From the IMG/VR virus record IMGVR_UViG_3300037804_000252, positions 24,700 to 88,699 of that record: a stretch of DNA of 64,000 nucleotides, one strand, 5' to 3'. The position numbers and the translations under genes are program-made. This stretch comes from a virus. The notes under the pieces were generated by a model. The model was given only the letters and a program-made list of their open reading frames with translations. It was not told the DNA's origin and made no database searches. Below, piece by piece: positions 1-8,816 of the stretch; position 1 is the first letter of the stretch, and the number at the start of each line of letters is the position of its first letter.

Positions 1-421
1 CATATTTTTGTTTACCTATTTCTAAATCAATAGAACCACTGTTTACATCAGTTGCACCACCAACACCCGCCAGAGTCCCATATGCGTCTGATATACCTAT
101 AACTGTTGGTAAAAATGAACCTTGTACCAACTTTCCACTATAATTTGTACCGGTTGGGTTTCCTTTTAATGTATCTAAGTTATTTCTAATATTAAACTGA
201 TTTACTTGTGAAGCATATTCTGAAGTTGCTTCTTCAAAACAAGCAAATAAACTTTCATCAACCAATTCTACGTTTTGTACCGGATATCCTAATCTTTTTG
301 CACACCAATTAGCTATCTTAGGTGCATCGGTTTGGAACTCATAATCACTATCATAAGTACCAAAAGGAGTTGAACCCGTAGCAAATGATGATGAACCAGG
401 GTATATGTATTCTACTGCCAT
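1..421 (-). CDS. Neck protein, T4 gp13-like (C-terminal part runs off the window start)
   Basis: Hand translation from ATG at 421: MAVEYIYPGSSSFATGSTPFG...WCAKRLGYPVQNVEL...; the RLGxPxxNVEL motif is typical of gp13-like neck proteins; lies directly downstream of the capsid gene; not in the ORF track. Confidence 0.7.
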   Translation of the reverse strand, partial: MAVEYIYPGSSSFATGSTPFGTYDSDYEFQTDAPKIANWCAKRLGYPVQNVELVDESLFACFEEATSEYASQVNQFNIRNNLDTLKGNPTGTNYSGKLVQGSFLPTVIGISDAYGTLAGVGGATDVNSGSIDLEIGKQKY

Positions 422-449
422 AAATTATTCCTCTCTTTAGTATAGTATC

Positions 450-457
450 TATAAATA
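450..457 (-). promoter_or_regulatory. Putative late promoter box (TATTTATA on coding strand)
   Basis: TATAAATA on + strand about 30 nt upstream of the neck gene; same box recurs in many intergenic gaps. Confidence 0.6.
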
Positions 458-492
458 TAAAAAAATATAAGAATAGTGTTTTTCAAAAAGGC

Positions 493-523
493 AAAAAAAA
501 GAGGGGAACTTTCGAACCCCTCT
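493..523 (-). terminator. Rho-independent terminator after major capsid gene
   Basis: Minus strand AGAGGGG-ttcgaaagtt-CCCCTCT followed by a T-tract. Confidence 0.85.
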
Positions 524-548
524 AATTTAATTTAAGAACTAACTAAGA

Positions 549-2144
549 TTAGATAGATGCTAAATCTTTAACATAAATCTTACCATAGAATTCTGGTCTA
601 ACCATCTTCTTAGCGTATCTTGTCATAACTCCTCTTCTTGGAGTGAAGTTAGTTGGGTCATACACTAATGGAGTCATGATTAATGGTACATAAGGTGCGT
701 AAACTGCTCCTGTTTCTAGGAAGTTTGAACCTCTAAATCCTAACAAGATTTCATTTGAATTCATGTAAGGGTTTTTGTACACAGTATATCTATTTGCTAG
801 AGAACCAACAGTAGTTACACCAGCTGCGAAAGACATTGCATCTTTATCAGCAGAAACTGTAAATCCTGGGATTGATTCTAGAATAGTACACACATCAGGA
901 GAAGCTACTACAAAGTTAGCACCACCTCTTAATGTTAATTGGTGAATCTTATTAGAAACTTTGTTAATCTTAGTTCCTAAAGTTTGGAACCAAGTATTTT
1001 TCTGATAAGCTTGTCCTGCAGTTGCAGCAGTCCATGCAGAGTTTACATACTCTTCACCAATTGTTGCTGACCAGTACTCAGTAGTCAATGCGTTAGAAGC
1101 TAACATATCTAAGATTTCTAAGTCAATCTCTAATGAGATGTAATCAGATAACATAGAAGTTAATTCAGCTTCAGCATCGATTGAGTGGTAAGCGTTAAGG
1201 TCTTGTGCCAACTCAGGAGTCCACACAGCCTTTAGTTTTCTAGTCTTAGCAACGATTGCTTCAGACTTCAATTCTAAGTCTACTTCTGGAATTGCGATAT
1301 CAGCATCGATAGTAGCACCTTTTTGAGGTTTACCAGCTTCGAAGTCACCTCTATCGTAATCAGCAGGTACTCTTGAATAGTTTACTGAAATAGCGTTTTG
1401 GTCAACAGCTACTTGAGAGAATACAAACGCAGTAATGTTTGTTCCATCTTGAGAGTTGAATTGACTAAAGTTTACATCATTAGTAATGTCAGTACCAGAA
1501 ATTCTGAAACTTCTTACTGCATCTAAATCAGCGTTGTCTAATTCAGTTTTAGCGAAAGTTACTTTTTGAACATCACCTGCAGCAACTGAAGCAGAAAGTA
1601 CTGCGTCAAATCCTACATCAGCCCAAGAAGCAGAAGCCCAAGTCTGAGCACCAGTTGCAACTGAAGCAGTGTACTCATTTACAGAGTATCCATAAGAACC
1701 TGACCCGTAAAGACCACCTTGTGCAACATCAGTTGAACCTAAGTCAGCACCAGAACCACCAAATAGTGAACCACCTGATGATTTTCCACCATTAGCAGAA
1801 CCATACTTAAAGTCTAAGTAAAAAATTAGACCTGAAGGTAAGTTCATTGGTTGTACTGAAACGAATTCTTTAGAAGCAATCTCACCAAAGATTCTTCTTA
1901 CTAAAGGTAGAGCAACACCGCTCCACTCTTCAGAGTTACTTGCGACACCAGTTTGTGATGCCTCATCAAGCAATTGTTTTGCTTGGTTTTCTAAAAGAAC
2001 GGCCATTGAGCCTTGTTCTTTTTGTCCTAAACCTTCTAAAAGACCAGTGTTTTCCCACTTAGATTTCAGTTGTCTTGTTTCATTCAACATTACCGACTGC
2101 GGGGTCTTGCCTTCCATTAGTTTAGATAAATCAAAATTTGCCAT
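549..2144 (-). CDS. Major capsid protein, T4 gp23-like
   Basis: VQPMNLPSGLIFYL, AKTRKLKAVWTPELAQDL, YAPYVPL and FTPRRGVMTRY motifs characteristic of the gp23 family. Confidence 0.95.
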   Translation of the reverse strand: MANFDLSKLMEGKTPQSVMLNETRQLKSKWENTGLLEGLGQKEQGSMAVLLENQAKQLLDEASQTGVASNSEEWSGVALPLVRRIFGEIASKEFVSVQPMNLPSGLIFYLDFKYGSANGGKSSGGSLFGGSGADLGSTDVAQGGLYGSGSYGYSVNEYTASVATGAQTWASASWADVGFDAVLSASVAAGDVQKVTFAKTELDNADLDAVRSFRISGTDITNDVNFSQFNSQDGTNITAFVFSQVAVDQNAISVNYSRVPADYDRGDFEAGKPQKGATIDADIAIPEVDLELKSEAIVAKTRKLKAVWTPELAQDLNAYHSIDAEAELTSMLSDYISLEIDLEILDMLASNALTTEYWSATIGEEYVNSAWTAATAGQAYQKNTWFQTLGTKINKVSNKIHQLTLRGGANFVVASPDVCTILESIPGFTVSADKDAMSFAAGVTTVGSLANRYTVYKNPYMNSNEILLGFRGSNFLETGAVYAPYVPLIMTPLVYDPTNFTPRRGVMTRYAKKMVRPEFYGKIYVKDLASI

Positions 2145-2172
2145 TTTATTTTTCCTTTTTAATGTTAGTTAA

Positions 2173-3324
2173 TTATTTGATATTAGCTAATTGTTTGAAT
2201 CTTTCAGCTAATGCATTTGTGTTCTCAGAAATAATGTTTTTTACTGGAGCAGTTGAAGCAACTGGTTTAGAAGCACCTTCCGATACTACTTTCTTAGTTC
2301 TTTTCTCAGTTCCTGTAAAATTCATAGATTCTGCTAACGTAGCGTAAACTAATTTTACTTCTCTAACAGATGTTGTTCTGTCTAAGTTTTCTACAACTTT
2401 AGATTTTTGCTCGTTTGTTAACGAGTATCCTCTAAACAACTTGTTAGCGTATAATAATTTTGCGTTGAGAAGGTTTACTTCATTGATAGTACCTTGTAGA
2501 GTCTTAATAGTAGCATATGCTTCTTCTAAGTCTTTTCCAAGTTCTTCGTACTTTTCTTCCATGTCTTCTTCTTCAGAGTGAATTTCTTCTTCTTCAGATT
2601 CTTCATTTACATCATTTCCGTATCCCATTTCTCTAAGGATTTCATCTAAGTCGATTTCATCATCCATGTCTTCTTCTTCTTCTTCACCTTCGTGAGAATC
2701 TTCAGAATGCACTTCTTCTTCTTCTTCTTCTTTAACTTCTTCCTCACTAGGTACTTCTTCTTCAGATTCTTCTTCAGAGTGAATTTCTTCTTCTTCTTCA
2801 GAAACTTCTTCATCATCTTCCATACCCATTTCAAGTTCTCTAATGATAGACTCTAAATCTAACTCATCATCTTCTTCAATTTCTTCTTCTTCAGAGTGAA
2901 TTTCTTCTTCTCCTTCTTCTTCAGAAATTTCAGCGTCATCAGCGTTAGTTGGGTCATCATATCCAACTCCATCCACTTCTTCTTCAGATACTTCTTCTTC
3001 AGAGTGGTCACCTTCTTCCAACTCATCACCTACTTCTGCAGTTTCTTCTTCAGATTCAGGTCCAAGTTCGGTGTGTGCGTCTGAAGCGTCTGCTGATGGT
3101 TCAACTGGAGTCTCTTCATCACCATCACCAATATCACTTGAATCTAATTCCTCTTCGATTTCTTCATCATCACCTTCCATTTCAGCTTGTAGCTTCTTTG
3201 ATAGGATTGATTGTAATCTTGGAGTAAATGCTTCCTCAAGTGCAATCTTAGCGTTAGCGATTGCAGTTTCTCTTACAGCTTTAGCATCGGCAATTGCTTC
3301 TTTTAACAATTTTGAATTTGCCAT
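2173..3324 (-). CDS. Prohead core/scaffold protein (highly acidic, coiled-coil C-terminus)
   Basis: Immediately upstream of the capsid gene; E/D-rich middle; C-terminal EVNLLNAKLLY...ERFKQLANI. Confidence 0.7.
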   Translation of the reverse strand: MANSKLLKEAIADAKAVRETAIANAKIALEEAFTPRLQSILSKKLQAEMEGDDEEIEEELDSSDIGDGDEETPVEPSADASDAHTELGPESEEETAEVGDELEEGDHSEEEVSEEEVDGVGYDDPTNADDAEISEEEGEEEIHSEEEEIEEDDELDLESIIRELEMGMEDDEEVSEEEEEIHSEEESEEEVPSEEEVKEEEEEEVHSEDSHEGEEEEEDMDDEIDLDEILREMGYGNDVNEESEEEEIHSEEEDMEEKYEELGKDLEEAYATIKTLQGTINEVNLLNAKLLYANKLFRGYSLTNEQKSKVVENLDRTTSVREVKLVYATLAESMNFTGTEKRTKKVVSEGASKPVASTAPVKNIISENTNALAERFKQLANIK

Positions 3325-3358
3325 TTTACTTTTACTTTTTTTAATTTGCTGAAGTTAT

Positions 3359-3475
3359 TTGAGGAACCTCAATATAGAATAGTGTAATTTGGTTGTTCGG
3401 TCACTTCACATTATACGCGAGTATTCATTAACCAACAGAACCCACATAGATTGTGGGTTATTATAGGAATAAATA
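3359..3475 (-). promoter_or_regulatory. Late-box variant plus structured leader of the scaffold-capsid operon
   Basis: AATAAATA at 3468-3475; hairpin AACCCACA-N5-TGTGGGTT at 3439-3459; TTGGTT/AACCAA pair at 3389-3394 and 3430-3435; palindrome TTGAGG-AA-CCTCAA at 3359-3372. Confidence 0.45.
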
Positions 3476-3524
3476 TATAAAAATTTATAAAAACATAAAA
3501 AACTAAAGAAAATATAAGTTTTTA

Positions 3525-4055
3525 TTATCCTTTTTTAATAACAGAATGAGTTTTTGTTGCAATCCACTGACCATCTTTAACACCAGCCATCTTAGCAGCC
3601 TTCTTTATTGCTTCAACAGTGTTTCTTGCTTTAATAGTGTATTTATTTTTTTTAGATAGTTTTACACCACTTAGATTCATATTATCAAATATTACTTCCC
3701 ATGTAGAAAATCCTTCTTTGATGATTGATTCTTTAATTTTGAAATATTTCTTAAATTCTTGTCTAACTATTTCGCCTTGGTCATTTTTAGTTTTGTTTTG
3801 TTTCAAAATAGTCTCCAATCCCTTTTCCATTTTTGGAATATTATTGTTGTATTTTTGTTTTAACATTCTGAAAATGTTTTTTGATTGTATTCTGGTATTT
3901 TCCCATTGGTCTTCGTTTACTGATTCTTTTTCATCATCAGTAGATTCATCCTTACCATCTTTTTTCTCTATTGCTTTTTGAAGTGCTGGTGGTAATTTTT
4001 TCTGAGCATCTGTTAATTCAGAAACTTGTTCTTTCATTATGTCTTTTAGTTTCAT
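3525..4055 (-). CDS. Hypothetical modular head-associated protein
   Basis: Leader MKLKDIMKE; internal ESVNE and IIKE junctions; located in head operon. Confidence 0.55.
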   Translation of the reverse strand: MKLKDIMKEQVSELTDAQKKLPPALQKAIEKKDGKDESTDDEKESVNEDQWENTRIQSKNIFRMLKQKYNNNIPKMEKGLETILKQNKTKNDQGEIVRQEFKKYFKIKESIIKEGFSTWEVIFDNMNLSGVKLSKKNKYTIKARNTVEAIKKAAKMAGVKDGQWIATKTHSVIKKG

Positions 4056-4067
4056 ATTGTTTTTTCC

Positions 4068-4724
4068 TTATTTATTATTTTTTTGAACATGCTGAACAAT
4101 CTTCTTAGCAAATGCAGGAGAAGTGATTTTAGCTATCTGAATAATAGTTTCTCTTCCATTAGGTCTTACCGATTTTGAACTTGCATGACCTTTCATATCA
4201 GGAAACTTACCATCGAGTGAATATCCATAATCACGAATATCAATTAGGTTGGAATCTTTATCAAAAATAAATCCATATGCACTTATTCTTGAATTGTAAG
4301 TTTTTCTTACGTTAAGTTCGTATCCATTGTTACCTTGTTTATCAGAACCGATAACCATTCCAAATGATTCACCAGTTTTGTTGTTTCTACCTTTGATTAC
4401 TTCGGTTATTGATTTACCACCACATCCACCTGGAGTAGTTCCAGCACACCCACAACCACAATCAGTAGATTCATTTACTGATTCTTCATTCATTTCAGAA
4501 ATAACTTTTTCTCTCATTATCTCTCTTACGATTTTTCTAAGTTGTTCTTTCATCTTTGGTAATCCTTTATGTTTCGTTGCTGCAAAATCTTCAATCTCCT
4601 TTTCACTCATTCTATCAGCTATTCCTTTTATTTCATCTGAAACCTCTGAGGCTGGTATTTCACCTCGTTTGAATGCTAATGCCAATCCAAATAACTTTTG
4701 TTGTTGTTGTGATTGTGCGGGCAT
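4068..4724 (-). CDS. Modular head-associated protein with DUF3008-like N-terminus
   Basis: MPAQSQQQQKLFGLALAFKRGE...EKEIEDFAATKHKGLP resembles DUF3008; followed by ESVNE, a CGCGC motif and another module. Confidence 0.55.
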   Translation of the reverse strand: MPAQSQQQQKLFGLALAFKRGEIPASEVSDEIKGIADRMSEKEIEDFAATKHKGLPKMKEQLRKIVREIMREKVISEMNEESVNESTDCGCGCAGTTPGGCGGKSITEVIKGRNNKTGESFGMVIGSDKQGNNGYELNVRKTYNSRISAYGFIFDKDSNLIDIRDYGYSLDGKFPDMKGHASSKSVRPNGRETIIQIAKITSPAFAKKIVQHVQKNNK

Positions 4725-4728
4725 AGTC

Positions 4729-5193
4729 TTATAACAATTTTAATTCTTTATCTTTGTAGGTATCTGCGAAATACCATTTTTTATCTTTTTCATTGTAAAG
4801 GTAAACATATTCAGCACCAGATTGATTACCAGCATTTTTAATATAGTCAGAAACTTTATCAAATTTACCTTTCGTAAATTTTCCACCCTTTTCACCTCTA
4901 TCTCTACCATAGAAAATAGTTTGGTCTTTGCCTGGGGTTTGGAATGTGTGGTCTTCACCACCATCCATTTTTTTATTTAATGAAGAAATACCACCACCTT
5001 TATCAACTTTAAGTAGTTGTTTGATTTTACCACCACCATAATAATTTTTTGCAATTTTACCTACCCCATCAGGATAACCATCGTAATGTACATAAGTAGA
5101 AACAATATTTCCGCTTCTATCAATTACACCAATCTGTGAACGAGTTCCTTCGGTAATTAAATCTTCCGATAATAAGTTTTTTAATTTAATCAT
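4729..5193 (-). CDS. Conserved phage protein (GTRS...YxHxDGYP family) with an N-terminal leader; start likely ATG 5193
   Basis: MIKLKNLLSEDLITE then GTRSQIG...YVHYDGYPDGVG...EYVYLY; starting at 5193 avoids overlap with the upstream gene. Confidence 0.6.
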   Translation of the reverse strand: MIKLKNLLSEDLITEGTRSQIGVIDRSGNIVSTYVHYDGYPDGVGKIAKNYYGGGKIKQLLKVDKGGGISSLNKKMDGGEDHTFQTPGKDQTIFYGRDRGEKGGKFTKGKFDKVSDYIKNAGNQSGAEYVYLYNEKDKKWYFADTYKDKELKLL

Positions 5194-5197
5194 AATA

Positions 5198-5749
5198 TTA
5201 CCTTTTTTCTCCAAGTCTTTTTTTCATAGTATCTGGGTCAATATCAGATATTTCATAATATCTACCTAAAATATGTCCCATATCTTCATACAATGAATGT
5301 AACCTTTCATCTAATGCTCTTGCCTCAGATGCAACTTTATCAAATGACTTATCTAATTTATCTAACTCACTCATATTTCTTTTGATGGTTACGGTATCAA
5401 ACCAATCACCAGCTTCAGAAAGAGTCAAAGTTTTTGCTGCCTCAACAACACCACCTAAAGTTTCTGCAACTTGAACAATATCAGATTGTATATTCATTTG
5501 TTCTTGGAATGTTTTATAAGTAGAAATGATTTCTAAGAAATGTTTCTTAACTTCATTCGTTAGAGGTTTATTAGCTTCAATGGATTCTGATAATGAAAAC
5601 TTACCATCAACAATTTTTACTTCGTTAATGTTAGTTTTTCTAATATCATTATATCCTTTAAATACATTAGTTTCTTTTTTGTTCTCAACCTTTAATTCAA
5701 ATTTATTGTTGTGAACGTAATCGTATATGTCAAAGTTTTTCTTACTCAT
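5198..5749 (-). CDS. Hypothetical head-cluster protein (helical)
   Basis: 183-aa ORF abutting the gp21 gene. Confidence 0.55.
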   Translation of the reverse strand: MSKKNFDIYDYVHNNKFELKVENKKETNVFKGYNDIRKTNINEVKIVDGKFSLSESIEANKPLTNEVKKHFLEIISTYKTFQEQMNIQSDIVQVAETLGGVVEAAKTLTLSEAGDWFDTVTIKRNMSELDKLDKSFDKVASEARALDERLHSLYEDMGHILGRYYEISDIDPDTMKKRLGEKR

Positions 5750-6336
5750 TATGCTAGTTCCGTTATAATTTCTCTCATTAAGTTTTGTGCTTTACAAAAA
5801 TCTCCACAAACATCAGTACCAATATTCTTTACTACTGATTCGTTCATTGGAGTCATAAATGCACCATGTGTAGATGGATTGGAAACAAAGTCCCAACCTA
5901 TTAGTTCAAAATCTTCACCAACTAAAAGTTTGTTATCTTTTATTGGTTGAGTAGAACCCATACCTCTTGATGAGATACCTAAAAGGATTCCTGCTCTTAA
6001 TAATTCTTTTAGAATATTACCAGAAGGAGTAGGTAAGATTTCCACTGTACCTACCACATCATCACCTTCCCAATGTATTTCTTTAATATTATGTGATACA
6101 TTCTTTAGGTTGATAACCGAAGAGTCTGGGTGGTCTAATTCACCTAATGCTCTTCTTTCTTTAATAAGTGTTTCGTACTTTTTTATTTCTCTTTGTAATA
6201 TTTCTTTTGGGTACACTCTACCATTTTGGTTTTCTGCACTTGCTCTTTGAAGGATACCTTTAACCATAGTTCTCCCTGATGAATCTTCGTTCACCTTTCC
6301 TTCAAATAAGTTTGTTTCTATTAATAGGTTCTTCAT
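5749..6336 (-). CDS. Prohead core protease, T4 gp21-like
   Basis: NQNGRVYP, ALGELDHP, VSH, GISSRGMGS and DFVSNPSTHGA motifs. Confidence 0.93.
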   Translation of the reverse strand: MKNLLIETNLFEGKVNEDSSGRTMVKGILQRASAENQNGRVYPKEILQREIKKYETLIKERRALGELDHPDSSVINLKNVSHNIKEIHWEGDDVVGTVEILPTPSGNILKELLRAGILLGISSRGMGSTQPIKDNKLLVGEDFELIGWDFVSNPSTHGAFMTPMNESVVKNIGTDVCGDFCKAQNLMREIITELA

Positions 6337-6347
6337 ATTGGTTATCC

Positions 6348-7427
6348 TTATTTATATTTTTTTAGTAAATCTGCAAATTCCTTCTTCACTCCAGAAGATA
6401 ATCTTTTATGTACACCAACTTTTGCTAACATAGAAATTGCATCTTTCATTTGTGCATTATCAATAGCAATACCAGTTCTTGTTCTTGCTAAAAGAGGTCT
6501 TTGTAAAAACATTCTTAATTCAAATGCTAAATCTTTTGAAATTTTAACTCCTTCAACTCTTGAGGTTTCACCATCTTCAACACTTCTCAATAAATCAACT
6601 TTTCCCAATCTTCTTTCAGAAATTGTTGTTTCTTTAAGAGTTACAGGATAAGTTTTACCATTAAACTCAAATTCGGTTTTACCTTCTTCTTTTGCTTTTC
6701 TTGCAGCTTGCACAAATGCTCTACCTTCGTTTACTGATTCTGCTTTAACTTTTCCAAACTTTTTTTCCATCTCTTCATAGATATCATATAAAGCACTGAA
6801 CCAATTGTTAAATTTTTTGAAATTCTTATTTCCATTCAATCCACTACCACCATCGTTCAAGTAATCTATAATAGAAACATTAGTTGGTAATCCAATCATT
6901 TTTGCAATCTTTGAGTCAAGATATCCCTTTCCATCTATATTATCTCGTATAAATCCTTTGAATATATCAGCTCCTGCGTTTTTTCCATATCCATCTATGA
7001 TTTCAGGATGTGTGTTCCATTGAGACGGTGGTATATTATCGTATAGGTTATATCCTCCTCCAAATAATTTTTTTGATGGAGTATTCCAATACTTTTTGGC
7101 AGATGATGAAAGTTTAAGATTACCTTCGTTTACTGATTCAACTTTATATGTTTTACCATCAACTTCAAATTCATCTTCACCTTTTTCTTTTGCTTTAGTA
7201 ACAGCAGCACCAAAGGCATTACCTTCGTTTTTCTTTTCACCCTTTCCACTCCATGCCTTATCAATTTTATTGAAGAACTCTTTCTTTTCTTCATCTGACA
7301 TTGATGGAATAGATTTACCTGCTTTTTCTAAAGTTTTTCTAAAAAATTTTTGATAGTCAGATTCTTCTGACATAATCTGTCTAAGTGTTTCTTTGATGTC
7401 TTCTCTGGTAATATTCATAATTGCCAA
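6348..7427 (-). CDS. Modular head-associated protein with a duplicated about 29-aa unit
   Basis: EGNAFGAAVTKAKEKGEDEFEVDGKTYKV and EGRAFVQAARKAKEEGKTEFEFNGKTYPV; two ESVNEG junctions. Confidence 0.55.
   Translation of the reverse strand: MAIMNITREDIKETLRQIMSEESDYQKFFRKTLEKAGKSIPSMSDEEKKEFFNKIDKAWSGKGEKKNEGNAFGAAVTKAKEKGEDEFEVDGKTYKVESVNEGNLKLSSSAKKYWNTPSKKLFGGGYNLYDNIPPSQWNTHPEIIDGYGKNAGADIFKGFIRDNIDGKGYLDSKIAKMIGLPTNVSIIDYLNDGGSGLNGNKNFKKFNNWFSALYDIYEEMEKKFGKVKAESVNEGRAFVQAARKAKEEGKTEFEFNGKTYPVTLKETTISERRLGKVDLLRSVEDGETSRVEGVKISKDLAFELRMFLQRPLLARTRTGIAIDNAQMKDAISMLAKVGVHKRLSSGVKKEFADLLKKYK
6722..7139. repeat. 19-bp direct repeat TACCTTCGTTTACTGATTC (6722-6740 and 7121-7139) encoding ESVNEG
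   Basis: Exact match read in the sequence; a 16-bp copy at 3911-3926 and a shorter variant at 4471-4484. Confidence 0.8.
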
Positions 7428-7434
7428 TCTTGTT

Positions 7435-7872
7435 TTATAGTTCCGATATCGATTTTGATATTCTATTTAACCTTTCTCTTATCTTAAAGAGATGACTTTG
7501 TGTTCGTTTCCATTGGTCTTCGGATTTTAATCCACTTTCTTGTTTAATCTTACCATACCACTTTAGAAATGATTCCATTTCTGAAAGTTGTTTGTTGATT
7601 CCTCTAATCCCTAAACCAATTTTTTGTTTTGGAGTTCCATCAGATTTTCTAAGTTCATTCCAACGATTCTCATTAACTTTAGTATAACCACCACTTACTT
7701 TAATAATATGGTCTACATCAGACTCTGCTTCATCATCAGTCCCATCGGTATCTGTAAATGCATTTGGGGTATTATAACCTGCTACATTACCAGTAGTGGT
7801 TGCCTCATCAACATCTAAGTTTTCTTGCTCTATTTCTGCAATTAAATCTTCAATTAATTCTTTCAGATTCAT
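7435..7872 (-). CDS. Hypothetical head-cluster protein
   Basis: Leader MNLKELIEDLIAE; VDEATTTGNVAGYNTPNAF; helical C-terminus. Confidence 0.55.
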   Translation of the reverse strand: MNLKELIEDLIAEIEQENLDVDEATTTGNVAGYNTPNAFTDTDGTDDEAESDVDHIIKVSGGYTKVNENRWNELRKSDGTPKQKIGLGIRGINKQLSEMESFLKWYGKIKQESGLKSEDQWKRTQSHLFKIRERLNRISKSISEL

Positions 7873-8732
7873 AGTTTACTCTTCAATTCTTTTATTAATT
7901 CATATGACATCATTATTGATGAAACATGATTATCCGAAACATTTTTACCAATCTTAACTTTAGATAAAACAGAAATAGTTTCCTTTAACTTAATTTTAGT
8001 TACTTTATCGGTAACCTTAGATTCAATTGAGTTTAATTCTTTTATAATAGTTGGAATCTGTTTTGTTACATACGATTTGAATCCAGTTGTATTAGTTAAA
8101 TTATTGATGTACTCTTTTAATAAAGATTTTTGCGATTCATTTAAGTTAGAATATTTTTTATTGAAAGTTTCTACTAAAATTTTATAAGTAAGTAATCTTA
8201 AATCTTTTTCTTGTTTTTTATAAGATTCAACTAATTTATCTTTTTTTAATTGAGTTTTAGTTGCTGTATTAGATGTAATACTTTCAATAAGGGTAATTTT
8301 TGAATTGAATACATCCTTAACATCGTAGTTATTCATCTGTTTAGATTCAAAAATCTTATAGATAGATGCCATCAAACGATAATTAGATATAGGAGAAGAT
8401 AAGAATTCATCCATATTGAATGATTCGTTAATCTTTTTAATTAGATTATACTTCTCTTTATGTAATTGTTTCTGGTCAATACGATTATGAGCTTCGTTAA
8501 CAGTATCAATGAACTTTTCAGCTCTGGATTCTGAACTATACTTTTCCTTCATAAGAAGTTCGTATAATCTCAACTCTTTGTTTAACTCTGTTTTTGGACT
8601 AAAAAACTCACTTACGATTTTTTTAGCTTTTTCCGTGGTATCACCATTAAGAACTTCTAACGTAATTTGTCTTACGAGAAGTTCAAACAGTATACCTGTA
8701 TTCTTAAATTTTGAATGTTTTACCCTCTTCAT
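7869..8732 (-). CDS. Hypothetical head-cluster protein
   Basis: 287 aa, KHSKFKNTGILFELL N-terminus; preceded by late box at 8783-8790. Confidence 0.55.
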   Translation of the reverse strand: MKRVKHSKFKNTGILFELLVRQITLEVLNGDTTEKAKKIVSEFFSPKTELNKELRLYELLMKEKYSSESRAEKFIDTVNEAHNRIDQKQLHKEKYNLIKKINESFNMDEFLSSPISNYRLMASIYKIFESKQMNNYDVKDVFNSKITLIESITSNTATKTQLKKDKLVESYKKQEKDLRLLTYKILVETFNKKYSNLNESQKSLLKEYINNLTNTTGFKSYVTKQIPTIIKELNSIESKVTDKVTKIKLKETISVLSKVKIGKNVSDNHVSSIMMSYELIKELKSKL

Positions 8733-8816
8733 TGTGTTTTTATCCTATAATAATATATGAATATACGATAGCATACATCGTATATAAATATAAGTTAATT
8801 TTGATTTCCTAAATTT

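Noticed and set aside
2560-3010. TTCTTC runs and recurring CTTCAGAGTGAATTTC units resembling a repeat array
   Set aside because: They encode the Glu-rich scaffold (IHSEEE units) in frame; no constant repeat with unique spacers, so not CRISPR
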